From the human T2T-CHM13v2.0 reference genome, Homo sapiens, in assembly GCF_009914755.1 (NCBI RefSeq), contig NC_060925.1: DNA of 64,000 nt; one strand, written 5' to 3'. The notes below the pieces were generated by a model, which made no database searches, was not told the origin of the DNA, and saw only the letters and a program-made list of their open reading frames with translations. How positions within the stretch are numbered: position 1 is the stretch's first letter; the number at the start of each line of letters is the position of its first letter. The position numbers and the translations under genes were made by a program. Positions 13,805 to 27,395 of the stretch are shown piece after piece.

Positions 13805-14370
13805 ATTTTTTTAAAAACAGCTGCATTGAGGTACAGTTTATATATTATAAAATTCACCCATTATAAGTATATAATTCAATGATGTTTAGTAAATTTATAG
13901 AGCTCTGCAACCATCACAAAAATTCAGTTTGAAAACATTTCCATCACCGCAAAATATTTCCTCTTTGCAGTTAATCCCTGTTCCCACCCCAAGCCCTAGG
14001 CAACCACTAATCTACTTTCTGTCTCTATAAATTTGCCTTTTCTGGACATTTTACATAATGAAATTATGCAATGTGTATTCTTTTGCATCTGGCTACGTTA
14101 TGTTTTCAAGGTTCATCCATGTTGTAGTGTGGATTTGTAGCTTTTTTTTAATTGCTGAATAGTATTCCATTATGTGGATAAATCACATTTTATCTGTTCA
14201 CCAGCTGATAAACAACTGAATTGTTTCAAGTTTTTGGCTATTGTGAATAATGCTGCTATGAACAATTACATACATTTCTTTGTGTGAATATACATTTTTG
14301 TTTCTCTTGGGTAGAATCCCAGGAGGGCAATTTCTGGATTCTCTTGTAAGTTTAACTTTTTAAGAAACTG
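13805..14370 (-). mobile_element. L1MB 3' UTR
   Basis: CATTGAGGTACAGTTTA...AAAATTCACCCATT...GCAACCATCAC...TTGCTGAATAGTATTCCATT. Confidence 0.85.
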
Positions 14371-14372
14371 AC

Positions 14373-14711
14373 CATGTCCTTTACGGGGACATGGATGGAG
14401 CTGGAGGCCATTATACTCAGCAAACTAACACAGGAACAGAAAACCAAATATCATGTGTTCTCACTTATAAATGGGAGCTGAATGATGAGAACACATGGAC
14501 AAATGTGGGGGAACAACACAGGGGCCTGTCGGAGGGTGGGGGTGGGAGAAGGGAGAACATCAGGAATAGCTAATGGTTGCTGGGCTTAGTACCTGGGTGA
14601 CAGGGTGATCTGTGCAGCAAACCACCATGGCACACACTTATCTATGTAACAAACCTACACATCCTACACATGTACCTTTGAACTTAAAATAAAAGTAGGA
14701 CATTTTTTAAA
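14373..14711 (+). mobile_element. 5'-truncated old L1PA (PA13-16-like) 3' end inserted in L1MB
   Basis: ACATGGATGGAGCTGGAGGCCATTA...ACATGTACCTTTGAACTTAAAATAAAAG; possible TSD AAGAAAC at 14362-14368 and 14712-14718. Confidence 0.85.
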
Positions 14712-15507
14712 AAGAAACAATTATTTTTCGCAGTTTGCCCTCGTTCTTCTTCCTGCACCCTGGGAGAAACTTGGATGACACAGCCACCTAATGGGCAGGG
14801 GAAGAGGAGAGTTTGGAAACACACATGCATTAATAGATGATGTCCTGTCACGAAAATTATTGTTCTTGTTTCCTAGATGAAGAAATTGAGGCCTGGAGTG
14901 GGTAACCTGTCCATGGTCATGCAACTGGTTTGAGGAAAATCATCACCAAACACCACCTTGAACTTCTAGAGCACTATCTGGAACGTGTGGTGCTGACACC
15001 GTATAATTTACTGTTTCATTTTAGTCTTCCCTGTGTTGTTTTGTTCTCTGGCTGTTTTGTGTTCAATTGGAGTAGATTTCCTTAGCCTTGGGTTTCTAGT
15101 ATAATTATTCCACCACTGTCTCCCTTAATTACGTGGTTGTTGTCCTTCAACTCTTATTTTCATGTACGTTTATTCTGAGCTTCCTCCAATTCAATCCTTT
15201 TTTGGAAGAAAATGAAGCATAAAAGTATAAGTAAATAAAATAGCAGTTTCATGTGTATTGCTGTTACATTCCCAGATGGACTGGGGACACCTTGAAGCCA
15301 AGATTTGTGTCTTAGACTTCACTTGCTCACAGCCCCCAACACCTAAAGCGGTACCTGGAGGTGTTTCACAAACCCTTGTTTCAAAATTCACCAAACTGAG
15401 GGAGGAGGGTGGGAACTACCATTGTTGACCACTTACTTCCTGTCTGCTACTCTGCAAACAATATTTGAGCTCATCCACACAATAAGGTGTTAGTATTCCT
15501 GCTTGTA

Positions 15508-15604
15508 TAGGATGACCCACATATCCCTCTTTGTTGGGGACCATCCCAGTTTTAACACTACAAGTCCTGTGTCCCAGACAAACCTTGGACGGTTGATCAC
15601 CCTA
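15508..15604 (+). mobile_element. MER81-like hAT MITE inserted in a MIR
   Basis: Terminal inverted repeats TAGGATGACC...GATCACCCTA; MIR sequence on both sides. Confidence 0.75.
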
Positions 15605-18600
15605 CACTTTAGAGATGAGGCCACTGAGTCTCAAAGAGATGAGTTACCTTCTCCAACTTGTCTTACAGATCCAAATCCAAGCTTGCCTGGAGTATGGAAC
15701 TAGTTTATTAATAGGACAGATTAGAGTATAGGAGAAAAAGGAAGTGAGGTTGTCCAGGGCACCCTGGTCAAAGGCTCCGGTGTGCCCCAGCAAGTGGCCC
15801 CTGGGCACTGTTGCAGTGCCATGAGGAGTAGCTTAAAGTCCTACAGAAGAGACTGAGGTGGTTTAAAGAACTGTGAGTGGCAGGGCTTGGAGTTGGTTTG
15901 AAGATTAACCGCAGGGGTATAGTACAAAAGGGAAGGCAGCATGCTCAGGAGGGTTCTTCTCACCCAAACAGGCTACCTTGGACCCTGTGTTGCAGCCCCT
16001 GATGGTCTGTCTGCCTGCGGCTTGTATCACAGACTTGAGTCAAGCTGACTGCATCAGCTGACACTATATTTTCCACTAATAGAGTAACAAATGAGTAATT
16101 TGGACTGATCATTATTCCCTGCTTACTACTCATGTGCCAAGTATTTATGGAAACTAATACAGCATTCAGTTTACAGCTGATAACAGGGAAACCATTAGCT
16201 CCCCCTAGTCATCCCTCTTCCCTCTGGCAGAGAATCGCTCAACCTTGAAGGAGACCAGCTGAAGACTTTAGGCTGTATGATAAGGTTCACATTTCTTTTT
16301 TGTGACAAAGACATTCAGAGGCTCTCTAGCAACCTTTCTTGTGTTCTACATTTTTGCCTATTTAGTTTCTCTGCCTCTGAATCTACCTCTCTTCAAGTCA
16401 CAAAAAATGAGGCCCTGTGTTACTGAAGATCCAAGACATGCAAGTTACACATCTGTCCCCAGCCCAGTTTCTGATACTTCCCAGACAATGGAATAATCCA
16501 ATCACTTGCTTTCCTGAGGCTCAGGGGCCACCAAAGGCTGCATGTGTTGGCTTCTATAATCCAGTTGAACTCATTATGGTCACCAAGCTCCTCTGTGCCC
16601 TGCACTGTGCCCGGAGCTGGATACACAGGCTGAACGGCATGGTCCCTGTCCTCAGACTGCTCACAGGATATTAAGGTACTGACAGTCTTAAGGCATTTAT
16701 GAGGAAAAAAATAGGTCATTATGGTTTATGTTGCTGGTGTGATTAAAAAGCAGTTATGTCCTTCAAAAGGCCCAGAATGATAATAAAATGGAGCAACACA
16801 AGGACATGCGAACCAGCTATCAGTTCAAAACAATATTTTCAGAACAACAGAATAAGAGGGAAAACAAATTTATTGCGACCTTGTGTGGATAACACCAGTA
16901 ACTTCAGCTTCCTACCCTTGTTCGGAATTCTGCAATTTTTCCAGATTTGTTTATTTTTGATCATTGTATCCAAACACAACAAATTTTAAATTATATGTCT
17001 TATACACTCTAGGGGTTATTAAGCTAGACAATTCTGTGATTTTCCTTCTCAAGTTGTGTCTGTTACTGATCCTTATAGCTTCTTCGACAGATTTTCATAA
17101 ATCAGATTTATATATAGTCATATAATTCAGGCTACATTTATGTTCTTATTATCAGTGAAATTAATGTCAAGTTAAAGCTTTCAATTTTTAAAGAACTGGT
17201 CTCAAGGAAAAATGAACTTTCACCCGAAATTGCTTTGATTTGCAACTCTTTCAGCAACAAGAACTCTAAAAGTCAATTTGTGGGTCTGGATTTGAGAGTT
17301 TGCTATTTTTAATTAAGTATATAAATCCCCTACCTCATTTTCCATTACAGCTATGTGTGGGGCCAACTTTGCTCTGCTGAAGTGCAGAATACATCATGTG
17401 TTTCACTAGCAGTAAATCCATCTCTGGAGACTTATCAGTGGCCATGATCTATCAAAGGTGGTCAGAAGATCAATGTTTCAAATACCCTCTAATGTGAATA
17501 AAAGAAACTTAGCTAATAATTTTTCCACATTAGGTTAGATTTACTTTAGGAAGCTTGGTATTACAATGGGCTCTCAAAAAGATTTTTAAAAATTTTAAAT
17601 TCCCCCAAGAGAGAAAAAAATATATTCAAGAAAAGGCACTGAGAGTGGCACAGAAGATGAAAAGAGGTAGTATAACATTAGTCCTTACCAATAACCCAGC
17701 TTTGAGTTCCACCAGAGGCTCCAAGCCTATGTCTTTGTTTTACTTCATTAAGGCCAGACACTGACTTCTTAAAGTTTGAGTTTTTGAGGACAATGTCGCC
17801 AAGAACTTATAGGTCACCAGGACACCAGGACCACCTAGAGCTTCCACAAAATAAGCCACTGACCTGCTCTAGGGATTTCTGCAAAGCCACCTGGCTGTGC
17901 AACTGGACTAACAGCAGACTCACACTGACAGTCAATGCACAGAAGAGATGAGCTTCCCTCTGAGAAAATGGATGGGTTCAGTGCTCACAGAAAAGAAAAA
18001 AAATGGACCCTAAGAACTTTAATTCCTCAAATAATCTTGTACTTGTTCCCCAGGAGTTATGTGGGGCGGGAGGAGAGCAGGCGCATCGCATGAAGACGGT
18101 TTCATCCTTCCACCTCCTAAGCACATTAGCCACCTGAGCATTTCTCCCAAATGGCCAAAGCTCTTTCCAGATTGTGAGAAGTTCCCAAAGCAAGAAGTGA
18201 TTCTTGAGAACTGGGCATCAGTGACTCTGAGGTTTAGTAGGACAGTTAATAGTGACATAAAATGCAAAGGGAACATTGGATGGCGCAAAACTTTTCCATT
18301 AAAGTTTTAAAGAGAACATTTTACACCAGCCTACCACTCAGGTTCACAGGTGGTATTGAAACTCAAAGTCTGCCAATTGTGGATTCTTCAAGTCGAGTGA
18401 TACTGGTTTTCATGGAGAGAGAGTCTGGTGACAAACAGTGCCTGGATCCTGGATCCATAGAGAAGAGCTCCAGCCAACAGCTATTAAGTGTGTGCTGGCT
18501 CTCAGCGTGGGCTGTGTGGCCCAGCACTGCCAGCAGATAAATGAATACTCTGTTTTGAGAGGACTGGAAGGTAGAGGGCAATTGCTATTATTAAAGACCT

Positions 18601-19079
18601 GCTGTACCAGACACTTTATATGTGTAATCCCTTTTAATCTCAGAGCAAATGTAATTTGCTCCAAACAAAAGGAACAAAAAAGAAAATAATAATTTATACT
18701 GGCCATTAGAAGTTTTAAAGTATTATATGCAAATTTTAGTATGTGATTCTCAATCTGTCTGTTTTGCTTACAGCTGGATCCCCAGGGCCCTGCACAGGGC
18801 TTCACACGTAGTAGATATTCAATAATTTTTTTTTTAATGAATGCATGTTTTTAACCCATTCCTCCTTCAGTAAGACAAAATCCTATGTTTTATTATATAA
18901 TTTTAAAACAGTTAAATATCTTAACAAAAACAAGAAGCCTTGATGTTTCTTAAATATCTTTTTAAAAACAAGTTTTAAAAATGGAAGTTTGAATAAGGTT
19001 TCTCAAATTGCACATGTACCACTCTTTGCCATCCCTTCTACGGGCCAGTCCTCAACTGCTTGAAAATTACTGCCTTAGA

Positions 19080-19555
19080 AGTAGCCATGTCTGAAGTTTA
19101 AAAACAAGAGAAAGATCATAAGGAAATAATCATAGGTGTATACAAGAACTTTTACAGAGATATGCATTGTGGGATTATTTACATAGTCAAAAAGTAAAAA
19201 CTGTGAGAGAGGATGTCCATAATAAATTATGCAACATCCAACAATAAAATGTTCTACATTCACTAAAGATTTTCAAGGATATTTAATGACATGGAGAAAT
19301 GTTATCTAATTTCTCCAGTTTAAAAAGCATGATACAAAACTGTGTGTGCATTCCCACTGTTGAAATTCATGTACATTATACATGCATGCAGAAATGTTAA
19401 AAGGAAATATACCAAAGTGATAGCTGTGATTATTTCTTGGTGGTGAAATATTATTAGTGATGTTTACTTTTTCTTAATTTTTATCAGCATTTTCTGTTAT
19501 TTTTATAATATGCATGCATTATTTGCATAATTTTTAAAGTTTTTTTTAAAGAAAG
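19080..19555 (+). mobile_element. L1ME-type 3' fragment
   Basis: Degenerate AT-rich L1M 3' end (AAGGAAATATACCAAAGTG...GTGATGTTTACTTTTTCTT). Confidence 0.55.
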
Positions 19556-19600
19556 AAGATTTTGATAATAGAACAATGAAGATGCAAAATATGGAGTTGA

Positions 19601-19982
<382 letters not shown>

Positions 19983-22437
19983 TAAATAATTTTTTAGGAT
20001 TCCCCCACTAATTAGGCTCATGACCAACCAAGTCAGCCACTTTGCTTATTTGACTCAATAATTTTGTCTTCATAGTTTTCCATGTTAGCCCAGGCTGTAG
20101 CTGCTCTGAAACTTATCTTTGCATCCTGTGGGAAAGGTTCCAATAGTTAACAAAACGCTTCTGTAAATAATGTCATTTATTCACTCAAAAATTATTGTGC
20201 ACCTCCTGGGGCCCAGGTACTGTGGTGGGCACTGGGGGAAGGCCCATTTCATCCTGAGGTCTTTACATCAGTCTGTAGATGGGAGCTTGAAAAGCTAGTA
20301 ATGCATTTCTTTCCAGGTGCTCCCACTTCTGGGGGTATGCTAGTAGAATCTCAGCCAAAACAAAAGGCTCAGGTCAGATGGCAATTAATTGAATCAAAAG
20401 CTGTGCGTGGTCCAGTGAACAGCTGGGGCCTGCCTGATGGGAATTCTGCCTGTGCCAGGGCCTGCTCAGCTCAGAGGGCCCTGGGCCAGAAAGTACTGAA
20501 AAGAGCCCACAGGTCCTTACTACAGCCTTGCAAGCCTGGATGGGCAGACTGTAGAGAGGAGCCATGGAAAAGGAGAGAAAGGGCTAAGGGTTAAATCTGA
20601 AGGAAATGGTACTGTCAAACTGTACTACTGCTCCAGTTTCTGGTATAGCACATAAGGAGCTCAGAAGTCACTACTCCACCCTAGCAACAAGTAAAATGCT
20701 GAACAAACTGAAACATCAGCAACGCTTCTTAGATCCATAAGAGAAGTGAAGTCACTGGGCAAACCATTGCCCCTAAAATTAGAGACCGGCAGATACGAAG
20801 AGTCACAACACACCAGAATAGAAACTCACAAGCACAAACCTCTGCAGGAACCAGCGCTGGGCAGCAAAAGCAGAACTGTAATTGACAAACTGCTGGAAGC
20901 TCAGTGTGGAAAAGTCTGAGAGTTATAAACTCCAGGGGAGCCTAGGCATGGGGAGGGGCCCCATGCATTTGTGAGTTTGACCCCCAGGAGCTCTACCAGA
21001 CCCATACAGTACATATCAGAGAAAAATGCCCTTGTGTTTCTGAGAGGAGAAATGGAACCCACTGGGAACACTCTAGAGCATTCTGCTCTTCTTAACAAGG
21101 TTTGCCCTCAGGAGAAACTAGTTAGCCAGAGCCTAACCTGTTGGCAGTTTCATCAAAGGCTAGCTAACCTGGGGGAAGGGAAATACTCAATTCCAGCCCA
21201 CTTCAATCTTCCTGTCACACTAAAGGGGGGTGTGGGGACTAAGAGGCACAGGAGCAGTTCACACAATCAAGGCACAGGCTCACTAGAAGACTGAGACCTA
21301 CTCACAGTGCTAGAATGCTTCTCCTCTCGCCTGAACCTTGCCACCACAATACTAAAGGTCTATTTACAGTAGTACCCTTTACCCAGCATATCATGTCCAG
21401 CTATCAGGAAAAAGTTACAAGGCAAAAAACACAGTGTGGAAAGACAGACCAAACCTCAGAACCAGATACGGCAGGGAGGTTGGAATTAGCAGACAAGGAA
21501 TTTAACACAACCATAAGTAAGATGCTAAGGGAGCTAATGGATAAAATAGACAGCATGTGGGAACAGATGGGCAATGAAAGCAGAGGGATGGAAATGCTGA
21601 GAAAGAACCAAAAAGAAATGCCAGAGATGACAAACAAAACCCTGTAACAGACATGAAGAACGTCCTTGATGGGCTTATTAGTAGACTGGACAAGGCTGAG
21701 GAAAGAATCTCTGAGCTTGAGGATACCACAATAGAAAACTCCTAAACTGAAATGCAAAGAGAACAAATACCGACAAAAATCAGAACAGAATATCTAAGAA
21801 CTATGGGACAAATACAAAAGGTATAAATACACATAATGGGAAAGAAAGAGAGAAAGGGACAGAAAGGACATTATTATTTAAAACAATAATGACTGAGAAT
21901 TTTCCCCCAAATTAATGTCAGATACCAAACCGCAGATCCAGGAAGCTCAGAGAACATCAAGCAGGATAAATGCCATAAAACAGAGCCAAAAAAAAAAAAA
22001 ACACCACAACTTCTAGGTATATTATTTTCACACTACAGAAAACCAAACATAAAGAAAAACTCCTGAAAGAAACCAGAGAAAAACACACCTTCCTTATAGA
22101 GAAGCAAGGATAAGGATTGCATGCAACTTCTCAGAAGCCATGCAAGCAAGACGAGAGGAGTGAAATATTTAAAGTGTTGAGAGAAAAACACCCACCAACC
22201 TAGAATTCTGTACTCTGTGAAATTATCCTTCAAAAGTGAAGGAGAAATAAAGGCTTTCTCAGACAAACGAAAATTGAGGGAATTTGTTGCCATAGATTTG
22301 CCTTGCAATAAATGTTGAAAGAAGTTCCTTGGAGAGAAAGAAAATAATGTAAGTCAGAAACTTGGGTTTACATAAAGAAAGAAAGAGCACTGAAGAAGGA
22401 ATGAATGAAGATAAAATAAAAACTTTTATTTTTATTC

Positions 22438-22678
22438 TTTTTTTTTGCAGTGGCACAATCTCAGCTCACTGCAGCCCCAACCTTTTGGGCTCAGGTGATC
22501 CTCCCACCTCAGGTTCCCGAGTAGCTGGGACTACAGGCATACACCACCACACCAGGCTAATTTTTGTACTTTTTGTAAAGATGGCATTTTGCCATTTTGC
22601 CCATGCTGGTCTTGAACTCATGGGCTCAAGCAGTCCACCTGCCTCGGTCTTCCACAGTGCTGGCCATTGTGCCCAACC
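22438..22678 (-). mobile_element. AluJ (internally deleted) in L1MC
   Basis: GCAGTGGCACAATCTCAGCTCACTGCAGCC...TTGAACTCATGGGCTCAAGC. Confidence 0.9.
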
Positions 22679-22857
22679 TATTTCTCTTATTCTTAATTGA
22701 CCTAACACATAACAGTTTGTTCAAAATATTAATAGCAACAATGTATTTGATTATGTATGCTTATGCATATATGCTTATTATGCTTGTATGATGAAATGAA
22801 ATGAATGACAACAATGATTCAAGGGATTGGGGGAAGGAGTTAGAGTTATTTTGTTAT

Positions 22858-23048
22858 CTAGGCTACAAACCTGCACAGCATGTGACTGAATACTGTAGGC
22901 AGTTGTAACATGGTGGTAAGTTTTGTATATCTAAACACATCTAAACAAAGCAAAGGTACAGTAAAAATGCAGTATTATAATCTTATGGGACCACTGTCAT
23001 ATATGCAGTCTGTCATTGACCAAAACATCATTATGTGGCACATGACTG
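22858..23048 (+). mobile_element. Tigger3-family DNA transposon, one end only
   Basis: CTAGGCTACAAACCTG...GGGACCACTGTCATATATGCAGTC...CACATGACTG. Confidence 0.8.
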
Positions 23049-23633
23049 CATACTAATACACTAAGAAAGAAGATACAATCACATAAGAAGCTCAGTTACA
23101 ACCCCAAAAGGCAGAAAAAGAGTGGACAACAAAAAGAGGAACAAAGAACAAGAGCAACAAAAAGAAAACAGGAATAAATATCTTAGGTATTAATGCAACT
23201 ATATCAATCATCACGTTAAACATCGATGGTCTAAATGCACCAATTAAAAGACAGAGATTATCAGAATGGATCAAAAAACCCCATCCAACTATATTTTTTT
23301 TACAAGAAACCCATTTTAAATATAAAGACGATTGTAGATTAAAAGTAAATGGATGGAGAATCCATCCTATATCATGATAACATAAATCAAAAGAAATCAG
23401 GAGTAACTATATTAAGTTCAGTTATAGCAGACTTCAAAGCAAGAAGAGTTATCAGTGTTAAAGAAGGGCATTATATAATGATAAAGAGGTAGATTTTCCT
23501 AGAAGGCATACAATTGTTAATGTGTGTGTGCCTAACAACAGTATCAAACTACCTGAGGCAAAAACTCACAGAATTGCAAGGAGAAATGGATGAATCTAAT
23601 ATTATAATTGGAGATTTCAACACCCCTCTATCA

Positions 23634-23851
<218 letters not shown>

Positions 23852-24121
23852 AATACCACCAATCAACTGGATATAATGACCGTCTACAGACTACTCAGAC
23901 GACTACATCCAACAACAGCAGAATACAGATTCTTCTCAAACTCACCTGGAACACTCACCAAGACAGACCACAATCTGGGTCATAAAACACAACTTAACAA
24001 ATGTAAAAGAATAGAAATCATGCAATGCCTGCTCTCAGATCACAGTGGAATTAAACTAGAAATCAGTAATAGAAAGATCTCTGGAAAATCCCCAAATATA
24101 TGGAGATTAAGCAGCACACTT

Positions 24122-24973
24122 TTTTAAAGTTATGATAAATAACTTTTACTTCATTTAAATGTCTTCATTTAGTAGTCAAATCCCAGAAGAAAATGCTATT
24201 TTTAGGAGAATGTGTAACTGAAGAACCTCACATTTCTATTTAAGTTTAGCCAGTTATTCTTGACAGAAGATAAGCAAACTAATGCATGATAAAGCCCCCA
24301 TGAAGTTATCTCATACTTAAAAAAAAATCCCAAATTATACTTAGTAGCTTTATTGCAGCTTTCATCCAAAATGTGTTTTATATCATCTGTGACCCAGGAA
24401 ATCCCTGATATCTTCCTGTCAGGGTAAAGAAATGAAAAACAATAGGACATTAATTATACTTTTAAGTATTCATCTGTTTAGAGCCCTAGATATTCCATAT
24501 GCAGACCACTATGCTCACATTTGTTTTAATAAGACTCTGGTCCAAAGCCTCACATTTTTATAGCAGTTACAGTTTTTCAGCACCAGACCAGGTAAAGACA
24601 TGGCAACCCCATGATCCACAAAATCAAGGAATGACGATGATTCAAGGTGACCATCAAGGTGTTGATGATTCAACAAGAAGATGACAACTTCTTGTTGACA
24701 CTGAGATGACTGAGCTGGTTTATAACAAATCTATCTATACAGAGGCAACTTGGAAATATTGGCCGCTTTCACAGCCTCAAAGGGCTCTGCCAAGTGCACC
24801 TCAGCACTGCTGTACTCTTGTCCCACAGTCAGGTAGGGCATGCTCGGCCAGTAGTGTTTCTCCACATGGTTCACAGCTGCTGGTGCTTCCCTGATCCACT
24901 GCCTACCAGAAATGTGATTGCAGCAGAGGAGGGCAGTCAAGGACATGGTGCCTGCATCCACAGGAAGAGTCCC
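24122..24973 (-). pseudogene. MRPL57: Processed pseudogene of mitochondrial ribosomal protein MRPL57 (MRP63, mL63)
   Basis: From ATG 24946 (minus): MSLTALLCCNHISGRQWI...EKHYWPSMPYLTVGQE...EPFEAVKAANISKLPLYR, then RFVINQLSHLSVNKK in a shifted frame. Recalled MRPL57: MFLTALLWRGRIPGRQWI...ENHYWLSMPYMTREQE...[34 protein letters not shown]. ~550 nt 3' UTR, AGTAAA (24145-24150), short poly(A), degenerate TSD TAAGCAGCACACTT (24108-24121) / TAAACAACACGCTT (24974-24987). Confidence 0.92.
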
Positions 24974-26229
24974 TAAACAACACGCTTCTAAATAACACAT
25001 GGGTCAATGAAGAAATCTCAAAAGAAATTTAAAAATATTTTTAGCTAAGTTAAGAGGAAAACACATGAAAGCAGTGTTTAGAGGAAAATTTAGAGCATCA
25101 GATGCATGCATTAGAAAAGAAGAAAGATTTAAAATAGATCATCTGAGCTTCCACCTTAGGAAACCAGAAAAAGAGGAGCAAATTAAATTCAAAGTAAGCA
25201 GAAGGAAAGAAATAAATAGTAGAGCAGAAATCAATAAAATAGAAAATAGAAAATCAGTAGAGAAAGTTAATGAAATCAAAACCTTGTTCTTTGAAAGGAT
25301 CAAGATCAATAAAATCAATAAGGCTCTGGCCAGACTAAGAAAAAAAGAGAAAGGGCACATACCAGAAATGAAAGAGGCAACATCACTACAGATCCTATGG
25401 CCATTAAAAGAATAATAAAGGAATACTATGAACAACTCTGTGCCCATAAATTTGATAACCTAGATAAAATAGATGAATTCCTTGAAAGGCACAATCTGCT
25501 AAAATTAATACAAGGAAAAATAGACAGTCTGAATAGGCCTATATCTATTAAAGAAATTGAGTCAATAATTATTAGCCTTCCAAAACAGAAAGCATCTGGT
25601 GCAGATGGTTTTACTCATGAATTCTACCAGACATTTTAAAGGAGAAATGATACCAATTCTGAACAATCTCTTTCAGAAGATAGAAGCAGAGGGAATACTT
25701 CCTAACTCAATCTATGAGGCCAGCATCACCCTAACACCAAAACTAGATAAAGACATTGCAAAACCAGAAAACTACATATCAATATCTCTATGAATATAAA
25801 TGCAAAAATCTTCAACAAAATATCAACAAATTAATTCCAACAATGTATAAAAATAATTATACACCACAACCAAGTGGGATTTATCCCAGGTATACAGGCT
25901 GGTTCAACATTCAAAAATCAATTAATGTAATCCATTGTATCAACAGGTTAAAGAAGAAAAATTACACGATCTTATCAGTAGATGTAAAAAAAGCATTTGA
26001 AAAAACCCAAACCAATTCATGATAAACCTCTCAGCAAACTAAGAATAAAGGGGAATTGCCTCAACTTGATAAAAAAAAAAATCTACAAAAAGCCCTATAG
26101 CTAACATCATACTTAACGGTGACAACTAGAAGCTTTCCAAATAAGATAAAGAACAAGGCAAGGATGTTTCCTCTCACTATTCATTTTCAACATTGTATTT
26201 GAAGTCCTAGCTAGGGCAAGGAATTGATT

Positions 26230-26408
26230 CACAAGTGGTGGCACGCACTTCTAGTCCCAGTTACTTGGGAGGCTGAGGCGAGAGGCTCATTTGAGCCCTG
26301 GATATTGAGGCTTCAAGGCTTCAGTGAGCTACGATGGTGCCACTGCATTCCCTCTGGGGTGATAGAGCAAGAACCTGTCTCTACCAAAAAGAAAAAGAAA
26401 AGAAAAAA
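26230..26408 (+). mobile_element. Alu right-arm (FRAM/AluJ) fragment at an L1 ORF2 deletion junction
   Basis: GTGGTGGCACGCACTTCTAGTCCCAGTTACTTGGGAGGCTGAGG...A-rich tail. Confidence 0.85.
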
Positions 26409-27395
26409 GTGGGCCACAGACCTTAACAGATGCCTCACCAAAGAACACATACAGATAGCAAATAAGCATATAAAACAATGCTCCACATTATATGTTATTG
26501 GGAAATGTAAATTAAAACAATGAAATACCACTACATACCTATTACAATGGCCAAAACCCAGAACACTGACAACACTGAGCGCTGGTGAGGATGTGGAGCA
26601 AAAGGACCTCTCATTCATTGCTGGTGGGAATGGGAAATGGTACAGCCACTTTAGAAGACAGTTTCGTACAAACTAAACATAATCCTCCCATACAATCCAG
26701 CAATCATGCTTCTTGGTATTTACTTGAAGGAGTTGAAAACTTATGTCCACACAAAATCCCGCACACAGATGTAGATAGCAGCTTTATTTGCAGTTGTCAA
26801 AAGCTGTCCTTCAGTAGGTGAGTGGATAAATAGACTGTGGTACATCGAGAAAATGAAATATTATTCAAGGCTAAAAATAAATGAGCTATCAAGTCATGAA
26901 AAGACATGGGTAAATTTAAATGTATATGACTAAGTGAAAGAAGTCAATCTGAAAAGACTACACATACTGTACATTTCCAACTATATAACAGTCTGGAAAA
27001 GACAAAACTATGGAAACAGTTAAAAAAAAGTGGTTGCTAGGGGTTACAGGGAGGGAGGGATGAATAGGTGGAGCACAGATAATTTTTAGGGCTGCGAAAC
27101 TATTCTCTACGATATTATAATGGTGGATACATGTCATTATGCATTTGTCCAAACCCATAGAATGTACAACACCAAGAGTAAACTCTAATGTAAACTATGA
27201 ACACTAGGTGATAACGATATGACAGTGTACTCTGGTGTACTCTGTATAGGGTGTACTCTGGTGGGGGATGTTGATAATGGGGGAGGCTGTGCATGTTTCG
27301 GGGAAGAAGGTATGGGATATTTCTGAGCCTTCCTCTCAGTCTTGCTGTGAACCTAAAACTACTCTTTAAAAAACTAGTCTTAAAATTAAAAAACA

